Assembly: GCA_965261755.1 (NCBI GenBank)
Contig: OZ253473.1
Span: 225,175-289,174 of the forward strand
Length of the DNA: 64,000 bases
Source of the DNA: Nitrospirales bacterium
GTDB lineage: Bacteria > Nitrospirota > Nitrospiria > Nitrospirales > UBA8639
Reading direction: 5' to 3'
Position numbers and translations under genes: made by a program. This document shows positions 9,526 to 18,241 of the stretch, piece by piece. The notes under the pieces were generated by a model. The model did no database searches. It saw only the letters and a list, made by a program, of their open reading frames with translations, and was not told the DNA's origin. Numbering within the stretch: position 1 is the first letter of the stretch; each line of letters starts with the position of its first letter.

Positions 9526-9621
9526 ATGGCGAGTGTAGTCAAAAAACGGCGAAAAAAAATGCGGAAGCATAAGCATAAAAAACTTCGCCGACGCATGAAA
9601 TTCGCCCGGCGGCGGAACTGA
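9526..9621 (+). CDS. 31-aa highly basic mini-protein, bS22 / AURKAIP1-COX24-like
   Basis: Own translation: MASVVKKRRKKMRKHKHKKLRRRMKFARRRN*. A GGAG at 9516-9519 sits 6 nt upstream of the ATG. It resembles the MGSVIKKRRKRM.KKKHRKLL..TR.QRR family. It is too short for the ORF track. Confidence 0.6.
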   Translation: MASVVKKRRKKMRKHKHKKLRRRMKFARRRN

Positions 9622-9830
9622 AATTCGCCATTCCAGCACCAGGTGGGCCGGCACCAATACAATCCCTTGGACGAAACGATCGCACCGGCTTGGGGGCATC
9701 TCGCACCACGAAGGGTGAGCCGGTGAATGCACCGGCATAGTCCTTCCTTTTGTTTTCGAGACTGCGACGGTCCATGGCCTCCTGTTTTTCCGCACTCGTT
9801 TCCTGCCGCGCCTGACGAATAGCCCTTGCC

Positions 9831-11603
9831 ATGAGTCAATTCTCTCGCCTGTTCCCGTTTGTCCGTCCTTATCTTTCTCAAATGGCATTGGCCGGTGTCC
9901 TGATCATGGGCGTGGCGGCCCTCAACCTGACGCTGCTCAAACTCGGCGGCACGCTGTGGGACCTCATCACGGTTCAACGTGACGTTGAACGCATGACGCA
10001 AACGATCCTGCTGTTTCTGGTGATCGCCATCATCCAAAGCACCTTGACCATGGGCCAGAGCTATCTGACCACCCGCCTGTCGCAGTTGGTCATCGCGGAT
10101 TTCCGCACCCACCTGTTTCGACATCTGCAAACCCTGTCTCTCAGCTTTTTTGCCAAACGGCGTACGGGGGAAATTCTCTCACGGCTCATGAACGACGTGG
10201 GCGTGATCCAGAACCTGGTGACCGAAACGCCCATCGATTCCGCCAAACAACTGGTGACGCTGATTGGCGGCCTTGCGTTCCTGTTGTTCATGAATTGGAA
10301 ACTCTGCCTGCTGATCGTCTTGTTGCTTCCCCTCCTGGTCTTGGTGGCGCGGTTGTTCGGAAAGCGGTTGAAATCTCTCTCCACGCAAATACAGGATCAC
10401 ACCGCCGCTCTTTCCACGCTCATTGAGGAAGTGATTTCAGGTATTCGAGTCGTGAAATCCTTTGTCCGGACGGACCGGGAGGAAGGACGATTCGGCGTCG
10501 CGGTCGACTCGTTGGTTGCCGGGACACTCCGCCGCGCCAAAATCCTTTCCGTGTTTATCCCCGTCATCACCCTCCTGACGTTCATGATGGCCGGAGTGGT
10601 CCTGTGGTACGGCGGCAAGCAAGTCATCGACGGGGCCATGACACCCGGGGACCTCCTGGCCTTCGTGTTGTTTGCAGGAATTTTAATCGGTCCGTTTGGA
10701 GCCGCGGCACGAATCTTTTCCCAAATGAAGGAGGGACAGGGTGCCCTGGAACGCGTCTTCGAGTTGCTCGACACCGCGCCGGAAGTGACGGACGCTCCGC
10801 AAGCCCACGCGTTGCGCGACGTTCAAGGCCACATCAAATTTTCACGCGTAAGTTTTGCGTATGACCCGCGTCACCCGGTGCTCACCGATCTCTCCTTCGA
10901 AGTGCATCCGGGCGAACTCGTGGCATTGGTGGGTCCGACCGGTTCGGGGAAAAGTACGATCGCGAACCTGTTGCACCGGTTTTATGATCCGACGGAAGGA
11001 TCCGTCACGATTGACCACCAGGACCTGCGGGACGTGCAATTGGCCGGCTTGTATCAACAGCTTGCCATCGTGCCTCAAGAAACCGTCCTGTTCGGGGATA
11101 CGATCCTGGAAAACATTCGATACGGACGAGAAAACGCATCGGAAGAGGACATTATGGCAGCGAGCCGGGCGGCTCATGCCCATGACTTCATTGCGTCGCT
11201 GCCGGATGGGTACACCACGCTGGTCGGGGAAAAAGGCGTCAATCTTTCGGGTGGTCAACGGCAACGCATTGCGATTGCCCGCGCCATCCTCAAAAATCCC
11301 CGGCTCTTAATTCTGGACGAAGCGACCTCGGCGCTGGATTCCGAATCCGAAATGCTGGTCCAACGTGCATTACAACGACTCATGACGGGACGGACGACCG
11401 TGGTCATCGCACACCGCCTCACGACCATTCAGGAAGCCGACCGGATTTTTGTTCTTAGCAAGGGCAGGATCGTCGAAGAAGGCACGCATACGGCATTGAT
11501 GCAACGGGACGGCCTGTATCGCCACCTGTATACGCTTCGGATGGTGGAATGGGAAACGCCGGCGTCTGTTGATACGTCAAGAGAACAATCCAGGCATGAC
11601 TAA
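9831..11603 (+). CDS. ABC transporter, fused permease/ATP-binding protein (MsbA/ABCB exporter type)
   Basis: Six-TM N-terminal half, then Walker A GPTGSGKST, signature LSGGQRQRIAIARA, Walker B LLILDEATSALD and H-loop VIAHRL. Confidence 0.9.
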   Translation: MSQFSRLFPFVRPYLSQMALAGVLIMGVAALNLTLLKLGGTLWDLITVQRDVERMTQTILLFLVIAIIQSTLTMGQSYLTTRLSQLVIADFRTHLFRHLQTLSLSFFAKRRTGEILSRLMNDVGVIQNLVTETPIDSAKQLVTLIGGLAFLLFMNWKLCLLIVLLLPLLVLVARLFGKRLKSLSTQIQDHTAALSTLIEEVISGIRVVKSFVRTDREEGRFGVAVDSLVAGTLRRAKILSVFIPVITLLTFMMAGVVLWYGGKQVIDGAMTPGDLLAFVLFAGILIGPFGAAARIFSQMKEGQGALERVFELLDTAPEVTDAPQAHALRDVQGHIKFSRVSFAYDPRHPVLTDLSFEVHPGELVALVGPTGSGKSTIANLLHRFYDPTEGSVTIDHQDLRDVQLAGLYQQLAIVPQETVLFGDTILENIRYGRENASEEDIMAASRAAHAHDFIASLPDGYTTLVGEKGVNLSGGQRQRIAIARAILKNPRLLILDEATSALDSESEMLVQRALQRLMTGRTTVVIAHRLTTIQEADRIFVLSKGRIVEEGTHTALMQRDGLYRHLYTLRMVEWETPASVDTSREQSRHD

Positions 11604-11649
11604 GATGTGCAAAGACCAAAAAAAAATTAAAACAATCTGAGATCGCTCT

Positions 11650-12264
11650 TTATGTTATCCTGGCAAAAATAACCTTCAACCTGTTCTCTACGCCCTGTCG
11701 CTCGACTTCGATCGAGAGAAATGGGTAGCGCTGAGCCAAAAAATTCATGGTGATGTCACCGTCAGCGAGATTCACAAGAAAATCGCACCTTTCCTGAACC
11801 AATCTATCGTCGGCGTTCAATTGCAAAATGTTGATGGTTGAATTGACCTTCTTGCTTAACTCCTGACCGAGTCCATCTCCTGGACGAATGAGACAACTGG
11901 GCAAATCCAAGACGAACCAGCCGATTTGGACTGTGAAGGGATCCACAATTTCCTCCGTATTGCCTTTCCGCACGTTAATCTTCTGCCGTGCAAGCCGGTA
12001 GTTGTCCCATTCGTAAGCCAAATACGGATATTTCGTTTTCGGGAGAAAATGGTCCACGGAGCCCGTGTCTAATAAACGCAGTGTCGTGTATGCACAACAA
12101 CATAAATATGCTTTGTGAAGACTTTTGGCAGCCCTTGACCAGTAGTTATGTTTCTTAAAGTCTTTGTCTGATGGGTTGCGATTTCCCCTGAGAAACGTTA
12201 GCCCAGGTTGCCGCACCCGAGCGTCGAACTCCGGGTACTCAGGCTGGGGGATCACGGGAATCAT
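11650..12264 (-). CDS. PtuB/TIGR02646-like HNH-family protein with a degenerate zinc-cysteine set
   Basis: CAYTTLRLLDTGSVDHFLPKTKYPYLAYEWDNYRLARQKINVRKGN aligns by eye to the PtuB-type C.YCE...(I/V)(D/E)H..P....P.L...W.NL...C..CN..K core. The first ATG (12264) overlaps the ATPase stop as ATGA. The 12300 start in the track is a TTG. Confidence 0.6.
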   Translation of the reverse strand: MIPVIPQPEYPEFDARVRQPGLTFLRGNRNPSDKDFKKHNYWSRAAKSLHKAYLCCCAYTTLRLLDTGSVDHFLPKTKYPYLAYEWDNYRLARQKINVRKGNTEEIVDPFTVQIGWFVLDLPSCLIRPGDGLGQELSKKVNSTINILQLNADDRLVQERCDFLVNLADGDITMNFLAQRYPFLSIEVERQGVENRLKVIFARIT

Positions 12265-14132
12265 AAATCGACGCCAAACCGCTCGGCAAAATACGTCCAA
12301 CGAGGCCAGAATGGATCGTCTGGAGCCAGCAATTGACGAAGCTTATCGGAGATCTCCTGCACCTTGGAAGCATCAGAAGTCGGGTTGAGTTGAATAGTTT
12401 TAGCCGTTTCAATCGCTTTTTCTGCATCACGGGAGCGAGCATGTTTCAAGCCGAAAACGGGAGAAGTCAGCCACGCCGAGATGTCTCCGTACTTTTGGAA
12501 CTCAAGAGGTTCCAGCACCACGTTTGATTCCTCAAGCGCGAGGTGGTACAAAACGTCCGCTTCCTCTGAAAAGTCGGCCTCGATAGATGCTAGAACCATC
12601 GGCGAATGAGTTGACGCAATGATCTGTATTTCAAGTTCCTCGCTGAGAAGCTTTCCGACACTCATCAAAGCCGGCAACATTGTCCTTTGCCAACGTGGAT
12701 GAAGATGAGCTTCCATCTCGTCCACCACGATGACCATCTTTCGAAGTGGTTCTTCGCCAATTTGCCGGGCTGCAACGATGTGCTCCTGCCAAGACCAGAT
12801 GACCAGATAAGCTAAAAGCAGAACGTGTTGAACGCCCGCTGATGAAAATATGATCGGCACGTCTCCGTAGGCGTGCTTTATTGTCGGAATCTGCCGTGGA
12901 TCGCCGGGTATACGCGTCGGCTCGCCTGGTGTGATAATGCCAAGGTCTTCCGGCGAGAGGCGTTCTAATACTCGGGCAAGCATGCGAAAAGCATGTTGTT
13001 CACGAGAAAGTTGCCAGTTGACCCAGTCTCGAACGAGACCTTCAATCTCCCCCGGCTTGCCGTCCCAAACTTCATTGCTGGTAAAAAAACTAACGTGAGA
13101 TTGATCGCCCACTTGTAGCTTCTCTCGCGTCTCGTCGGAAACCGCAAAAGAGCTATCGACTTTAGCATATATACAAAGCGCCGCTACAGATGGTCTTTCA
13201 TTTTGATGAATCCAAGAATGGTTTCCCCAATCGAATGAACTCGAACCAGACAATATTTGGTTTGTAGTACTACGAATCTCAAATTTTATGGTTGGGTTTA
13301 CTTCTTTCAGCCATACAAACGGAAAGGCTGGCTTGTCCACCCATTTTCCTGTAATCGCCCACCAAGCCACATCCAGTAGAAACGATTTACCTAAGCCGTT
13401 GTCACCAGCGATTAGGGTCAGCCTTTCGCCGAACTGAAGATCAAAGCTCTTCGCTGGCCCGATATCTCTTAGATGCAGCGCTGCAAGCGTTCCTCCCATC
13501 TCACCTGGAGCATCGGGAGGTGGCTCAACACCATAAGCGACGGCTTTCAGATCTGCAGGTTTATCATCGAAAAGTGTTTGGGCCGACAATTCTGAAGGCT
13601 TTTCTTTCGTGAAAAGATTGGTTCTTTCATCTGACGTTATATGATAGCTCTTCAAAAATTGCTTGATGACTGAGTTCAGCGAATCTTCGTCTTCCCATAC
13701 ATCATTCTTGCCAATCCAGATTGCAATTGCCGTGAGTGGAATGAATTTGTGGCCAGAAGAAGCTTTAACGGCCTGACTTATCTTCTCGACATAGTCTCCC
13801 TTGAAACCCCAACTTTGACCGCGTTTTTGGTGAATGAAGACCGGGCCAAACGTTTGAGTGTTAATAGCCTGTAGACCTGCCGAAGGGTATTTTTGCACGA
13901 CCCAAGGTTTGGTACTTTTGAAAGGTTGAAAATAAAATTTACTTTGTGGGTCTAATCGATGATGTGTTTTAAGATGTTCTTTTGTTAATGTATCCAGTTT
14001 CATGTGGACGGTTTCTTCGACTGGCAAACTCGCTTTCTTGCAAGCCAGGAAAGTGATGCCAAGGAAAGGGTGAGATCCTTTCCTTAGTTGACTAATTGCC
14101 CACAATACAGCGTTGCTCGACAAATACTTCAA
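12261..14132 (-). CDS. ABC-type (AAA_15/AAA_21-like, PtuA-like) ATPase with an unrecognised N-terminal domain of about 235 aa
   Basis: Walker A LIAGDNGLGKSF, signature-like FSSAGVQHVLLLAYL, Walker B MVIVVDEMEAHLHP and H-loop IASTHSP. The TTG start at 14132 is preceded by GAGG (14144-14141) and overlaps the methyltransferase stop (TTGA). Confidence 0.8.
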   Translation of the reverse strand: MKYLSSNAVLWAISQLRKGSHPFLGITFLACKKASLPVEETVHMKLDTLTKEHLKTHHRLDPQSKFYFQPFKSTKPWVVQKYPSAGLQAINTQTFGPVFIHQKRGQSWGFKGDYVEKISQAVKASSGHKFIPLTAIAIWIGKNDVWEDEDSLNSVIKQFLKSYHITSDERTNLFTKEKPSELSAQTLFDDKPADLKAVAYGVEPPPDAPGEMGGTLAALHLRDIGPAKSFDLQFGERLTLIAGDNGLGKSFLLDVAWWAITGKWVDKPAFPFVWLKEVNPTIKFEIRSTTNQILSGSSSFDWGNHSWIHQNERPSVAALCIYAKVDSSFAVSDETREKLQVGDQSHVSFFTSNEVWDGKPGEIEGLVRDWVNWQLSREQHAFRMLARVLERLSPEDLGIITPGEPTRIPGDPRQIPTIKHAYGDVPIIFSSAGVQHVLLLAYLVIWSWQEHIVAARQIGEEPLRKMVIVVDEMEAHLHPRWQRTMLPALMSVGKLLSEELEIQIIASTHSPMVLASIEADFSEEADVLYHLALEESNVVLEPLEFQKYGDISAWLTSPVFGLKHARSRDAEKAIETAKTIQLNPTSDASKVQEISDKLRQLLAPDDPFWPRWTYFAERFGVDL

Positions 14133-15004
14133 ACAATCGACCTCAGCGATTCAACCGCATAGAGACAGAACTCCCGGTTCAGATCAATTCCAATGCCCGA
14201 CCGGCCGGTTGAGATCGCGACTCTGACCGTTGTGCCACTTCCCACGAAAGGATCAAGAACAATACCCCCTTCAAGGCATCCAATTTCCAAACAGCGCTCG
14301 ACCAACTCGTCGGGAAATGGGGCCGTGTCCAGTCCATCGGTCGGCTTTGGCTGCGCCGCAATTGTCCACAAATCTTCATCGATCTTTTTGTCTATGAGTG
14401 GTTTCTTGTGGAAATAATATCGTCTGTTCTTCGCGAGGATGAACACATATTCATAGCTGCGTCCCGGACGATCCCGAACGGACTCAGGCAGCCGGTTCTT
14501 CCGGTGCCAGATCACCGAACTGCGGATGGCCCAACCGGACGATGCCAATCCAAGCCCAACGCGCCACGGAACGCCGATCAATGATTTCCGTTGCAGGTTG
14601 ATGCCAAGCCCACCGCTCTTGTCGACGGCTCGAAGGCCAAAACGTCTTTTCTTGCTCTTGCCGTCCTGACCATGAGACTCACCCTTACCGGAGTAGAACG
14701 TATCGCCGATATTTAGGAAAGCCAAGCCTTCGGACTTCAACACACGCCTCACCTCGCCCATAACGCTAGTTAAGACATCGACATACTCCCCGATGCTATC
14801 CTCCTGTCCGATCTGCCCTTTGACACCATAGTCACGAAGCCAGAAATAGGGCGGCGACGTGACGACGCAATCGACGCTCTCCGAAGGCATTTGCTGCAAC
14901 ACGTCAAGCGCCAGGCCGTAATAGATCGCCCAAGATGCACCTGAATGGGCTCGACCCCTCCAAGCATTTCCAGAATCGAAGTTTTCGATATCAAAAATGT
15001 CCAT
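14129..15004 (-). CDS. Beta-class DNA methyltransferase (N4-cytosine or N6-adenine; the SPPY motif favours N4C)
   Basis: Motif IV VVTSPPYFWLRDYG lies N-terminal and motif I VLDPFVGSGTT lies C-terminal, which is the beta permutation (N6_N4_Mtase family). Confidence 0.9.
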   Translation of the reverse strand: MDIFDIENFDSGNAWRGRAHSGASWAIYYGLALDVLQQMPSESVDCVVTSPPYFWLRDYGVKGQIGQEDSIGEYVDVLTSVMGEVRRVLKSEGLAFLNIGDTFYSGKGESHGQDGKSKKRRFGLRAVDKSGGLGINLQRKSLIGVPWRVGLGLASSGWAIRSSVIWHRKNRLPESVRDRPGRSYEYVFILAKNRRYYFHKKPLIDKKIDEDLWTIAAQPKPTDGLDTAPFPDELVERCLEIGCLEGGIVLDPFVGSGTTVRVAISTGRSGIGIDLNREFCLYAVESLRSIV

Positions 15005-15257
15005 GCTGTCACTGGCCTGTAACGGAGCAGGCTCGATCCGTAACAGTCATGCCAAATTCCAGTACTTGAGCACTATCTACTTGAACTACGTGGTTTGTAT
15101 CGATGGCTTTCAGAAATGTCTCGTAGGAACAGGATGCCGACTCGCCCTTGCCGAAAACATCATCTCTCATCCCGAGGTCAGTTGCAAGACTCTCTCGAAC
15201 GCTTCGCTCACTCAGCGACGAGAACGCGCATCGCGGCCTTTCCCATCATCCCCGTTA

Positions 15258-15920
15258 CTACTTGATCTTGGAAAAGTCCGCCTCGATCGTCACCAATTTC
15301 CCATCGGGGAAAAACACGACAATATTCGTCATGGCCTGCGGGTCAAAATCCTGATAGGCAAATCGGGCGGAAAACCGGGATACGTACTCCATCTCGGATC
15401 CGGGAATTTTCCGGCCGCGGCTGGGTTTGCCTTTATCCACGGCCATGATATTCGTCGATCCTTGTTGAAGCGCCACGTCGGCACCTTCGGCAAAAAACTC
15501 TTCTGGCCCGCACAGCCCGATCTCCATTTCAAGATTGGGCATATTCAGAATTTCATTGATTTTGGATTCCGGCATCCGGACTTCCTGTTGCGCGACCTTG
15601 GACCGCCGGCCTTCTTCGCGTCCGAAATATTCGAACCAATAGGTCTTCGTGCGTAAAATCGCGCTGCTTCCACAGGGTTTGGTCGCCGGATCGTCCCCAA
15701 TGCGGGTGGTTTTGTCCGCGGCTTTGATGATGCCGAACATTTCATCATTGGAAGCCGCCTGCTCCATGGGTCCTCGGGCTGAGGCCATGATCTGCGTGGC
15801 TTGCTCCGGGGTTAACTCGACGTCGATGGCAAACGCCGGCGAACCCATTCCTCCCAACACAAACAGTAGCATGAGCCCGAGTCCATTTTTCCGGTGGTTG
15901 TATCGTCCATATGAGCTCAT
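15258..15920 (-). CDS. Secreted hypothetical protein
   Basis: ATG at 15920 after a GGAGAG RBS. Signal peptide MSSYGRYNHRKNGLGLMLLFVLGGMGSPAFA. I recognise no domain. Confidence 0.55.
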   Translation of the reverse strand: MSSYGRYNHRKNGLGLMLLFVLGGMGSPAFAIDVELTPEQATQIMASARGPMEQAASNDEMFGIIKAADKTTRIGDDPATKPCGSSAILRTKTYWFEYFGREEGRRSKVAQQEVRMPESKINEILNMPNLEMEIGLCGPEEFFAEGADVALQQGSTNIMAVDKGKPSRGRKIPGSEMEYVSRFSARFAYQDFDPQAMTNIVVFFPDGKLVTIEADFSKIK

Positions 15921-16245
15921 GCGGTCTCTCCTTCTTCGTTTAGAAATGGATAACGACGGGATCAACAAAGAACAGACTTCCCGGCTGAATTGTAAGAAAC
16001 CTCCTTGCCTCTTTTCAACGCCTATCAGATCCCCGGTCTTCACACCGGAATGAGCAATGACGGGAAAGCAAATGGTTGACTCATCGGGGGCCGTAGTGTT
16101 AAATTTCGGCGCTTATCGTGCCTACTCCAAGTGGGCCTTCCAACGGTTGCTGGGCACAACGGAATCGCTCCCGTATCACGCTCTCCCGAATTCACGTTAT
16201 TGTAGCCGCAAGTGAACCGGTCGCTCAAACAAGCAAGGGGATGGC

Positions 16246-16914
16246 ATGGGAAATGGGATAAACCAACAGGAACAGGCCATGAACCTCGAAAATCTCGAGC
16301 GGGTCTATACGAATTACTCTTCGGTCTATGACCAAACCTTCGGGAAGGCCTTTGATCAATCGCGTAAATCGGCGGTGAAAGGCCTTCCCGTCTCTCCCGA
16401 TGATCACGTGCTGGAAGTCGGCGTCGGCACGGGTATGGCCTTGCCCCTGTATCCAACCCACTGTCGAATCGTGGGTATCGACCTCTCGGAAGGCATGCTG
16501 AAAAAGGCCGAGGAGCGCATTGCCAAGCACGGCCTCGAGCACGTCACGCTCCAGCGTATGGATGCGGGCCAAATGTCCTTCCCGGACGATACGTTCGACG
16601 TGGTCATGGCTGCCTACGTCGTGACCGCTGTCCCGGATTATCGGCAGGTCGTGTCGGAGATGATTCGCGTCTGCCGCCCCGGCGGTCGCATTGTCATGCT
16701 GAACCACTTCAGCAACGGCAATAAATTCATCGCCGCCGTCGAGAAACTGATTTCGCCCATCTGCCAGCGGATAGGGTTCCGCACGGATTTGTCCTTGGAT
16801 CGCGTGCTAGATGGCACGCCCCTCCAGGTCACGAAACAAGAAAAGATGGATCCTTTCCAGTATTGGTACCTGGTGGAATGCATGAACGCGAAAAACGGTT
16901 ATTCCCATTCGTAA
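16246..16914 (+). CDS. Class I SAM-dependent methyltransferase
   Basis: Motif I VLEVGVGTGMAL, later DTFDVVMAAYV and RVCRPGGRIVM (Methyltransf_11/25-like). Confidence 0.8.
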   Translation: MGNGINQQEQAMNLENLERVYTNYSSVYDQTFGKAFDQSRKSAVKGLPVSPDDHVLEVGVGTGMALPLYPTHCRIVGIDLSEGMLKKAEERIAKHGLEHVTLQRMDAGQMSFPDDTFDVVMAAYVVTAVPDYRQVVSEMIRVCRPGGRIVMLNHFSNGNKFIAAVEKLISPICQRIGFRTDLSLDRVLDGTPLQVTKQEKMDPFQYWYLVECMNAKNGYSHS

Positions 16915-16952
16915 TCGCGACGTCCTGATCCCCTCCTCAATCCGCCGTCACC

Positions 16953-17630
16953 ATGAAGCAGGCCCTGTGCCTCCAACACGTTCCCTTTGAAGGCCCCGGC
17001 GCGTTTCGGCAGGCGCTAGAGAAACGGCAGTATCAACTCGACTCGCTGCTGGTCCCTCAACGGGAACTCCCCGCCACGCCTCCGGATTTCCTCTTGGTCA
17101 TGGGAGGGCCCATGTCCGTGAATGATTCCGACCCCTGGATTGAAAAAGAACAACAGTTCATTCGACACACGATCGAGGCGGGCATTCCGGTGTTAGGCGT
17201 ATGCCTGGGCTCTCAATTCATGGCAAAGGCCTTGGGCGGACAGGTCCATCCCGGCCCTCGATTGGAAATCGGGCCGACCTTGGTCACGCGCACCGTCGAA
17301 GAAGACGCCGACGCTGTTTTTGGAACCTTTCCCCGCCAGTTCACGGTGTTTGAATGGCACGGCGAAGGGCTCACCCTGCCACCGGGGGCGTGCGTGCTCG
17401 CCTCGTCCGAATCCTATCCGGTTCAAGCCTTTCGATATGGCGACCGCGCCTACGGGCTCCTGTTTCATTTGGAATTGGAAGTCGAAGGCGTCGAAGCCCT
17501 CTGCCGTGAATGTCTCACCGACGTGCAACGGGCACAAACCACGACAGAAGCCTTGTTGGAATCAGCAAGGCACGTTCTTCCTGAATGCCATCGACTCGCC
17601 GACCGCCTCATCGCCCACCTGGCTAGCTAA
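16953..17630 (+). CDS. Class I glutamine amidotransferase-like protein
   Basis: Nucleophile elbow PVLGVCLGSQ and FHLE (His/Glu), a GATase1 pattern. The length of 225 aa fits a stand-alone GATase. Confidence 0.75.
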   Translation: MKQALCLQHVPFEGPGAFRQALEKRQYQLDSLLVPQRELPATPPDFLLVMGGPMSVNDSDPWIEKEQQFIRHTIEAGIPVLGVCLGSQFMAKALGGQVHPGPRLEIGPTLVTRTVEEDADAVFGTFPRQFTVFEWHGEGLTLPPGACVLASSESYPVQAFRYGDRAYGLLFHLELEVEGVEALCRECLTDVQRAQTTTEALLESARHVLPECHRLADRLIAHLAS

Positions 17631-17693
17631 TCAGATGTTGCCGGCGGTGGATCGAAAAACACCAGTCGTTGCCATTGCCAAAAACCGTCCAAA

Positions 17694-17939
17694 AGCAATG
17701 TGCAAAAAATGCACATTGCAAATTCAGACAAGCCTGTAAATTTTTATTCCCTTGACGTCATTTTAGCAGTGGGTTATCGGGCGAATTCTGCCAAGGCCAT
17801 TGCATTCCGCAAGTGGGCGACAAATACCTTGAGACAACACCTCCTTGAAGGCTACACCATCAACAAAAAACGCATTGCCCTGAATTACGAGACATTCTTG
17901 AGGGCTGTTGGCGATGTCAAAAAGACAATGATTTCCTAA
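17694..17939 (+). pseudogene. rhuM: RhuM-family protein remnant, central fragment only
   Basis: VNFYSLDVILAVGYRANSAKAIAFRKWATNTLRQHLLEGYTINKKR matches the conserved RhuM core (YNLD.IISVGYRV.S..GT.FR.WAT..L..Y...G). The N- and C-terminal parts are missing. Confidence 0.65.
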
Positions 17940-17961
17940 CGTATGTCAATACTTGCCCAAG

Positions 17962-17979
17962 GCAAATAGGCCTATTTGC
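17962..17979. promoter_or_regulatory. Perfect 18-bp palindrome GCAAATAGG|CCTATTTGC
   Basis: Read directly from the sequence. It sits between the rhuM remnant and the first ORF of the TIR islet, followed by an A-run and with no T-run. It is an operator or hairpin candidate only. Confidence 0.3.
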
Positions 17980-18010
17980 AAAAAAGGTTGAAGGTGCTCT
18001 AATTGAAAGA

Positions 18011-18193
18011 ATGGCGACTTGGGTTGATGTCTTTCAGTTGTGTGAAATGTTTATGTCACAATCAGTAGAAGAACAGCCACGGGTTGCCGAAATACTAAAT
18101 GCAGTGAAAGGTAAAATAAAAACTTTAAGGACACTCGCTGAAAAACATCATGTGCAAAAATGCGGGTTGATGCGAAAACCGCTGACAGAGTAA
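18011..18193 (+). CDS. Hypothetical 60-aa protein (doubtful)
   Basis: ORF only, with a weak RBS and no recognisable motif. It lies in the AT-rich islet. Confidence 0.25.
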   Translation: MATWVDVFQLCEMFMSQSVEEQPRVAEILNAVKGKIKTLRTLAEKHHVQKCGLMRKPLTE

Positions 18194-18241
18194 TGGAGGG
18201 TGCAAGCATAGTGAGGTTTAGATAAAAGACAGGATCAAATC

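Noticed and set aside
9152-10130. Minus-strand ORFs 9357-10130, 9409-9888 and 9539-9832 in the region upstream of and overlapping the ABC transporter gene.
   Set aside because: They overlap the ABC transporter 5' end and the bS22-like mini-ORF in antisense. Their translations are low-complexity and they have no RBS.
15009-15170. A 53-aa minus-strand ORF (MRDDVFGKGESASCSYETFLKAIDTNHVVQVDSAQVLEFGMTVTDRACSVTGQ) ending 4 nt before the methyltransferase ATG. It could be a fourth cassette gene or a controller protein.
   Set aside because: It has no convincing RBS, no HTH or other motif, and is too short to judge. It is worth checking by conservation but cannot be supported from sequence alone.
14997-15656. 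A 219-aa plus-strand ORF spanning the gap between the methyltransferase and the secreted protein gene.
   Set aside because: It overlaps the 3' half of the better-supported minus-strand gene 15258-15920 in antisense. It has no motif and no RBS.
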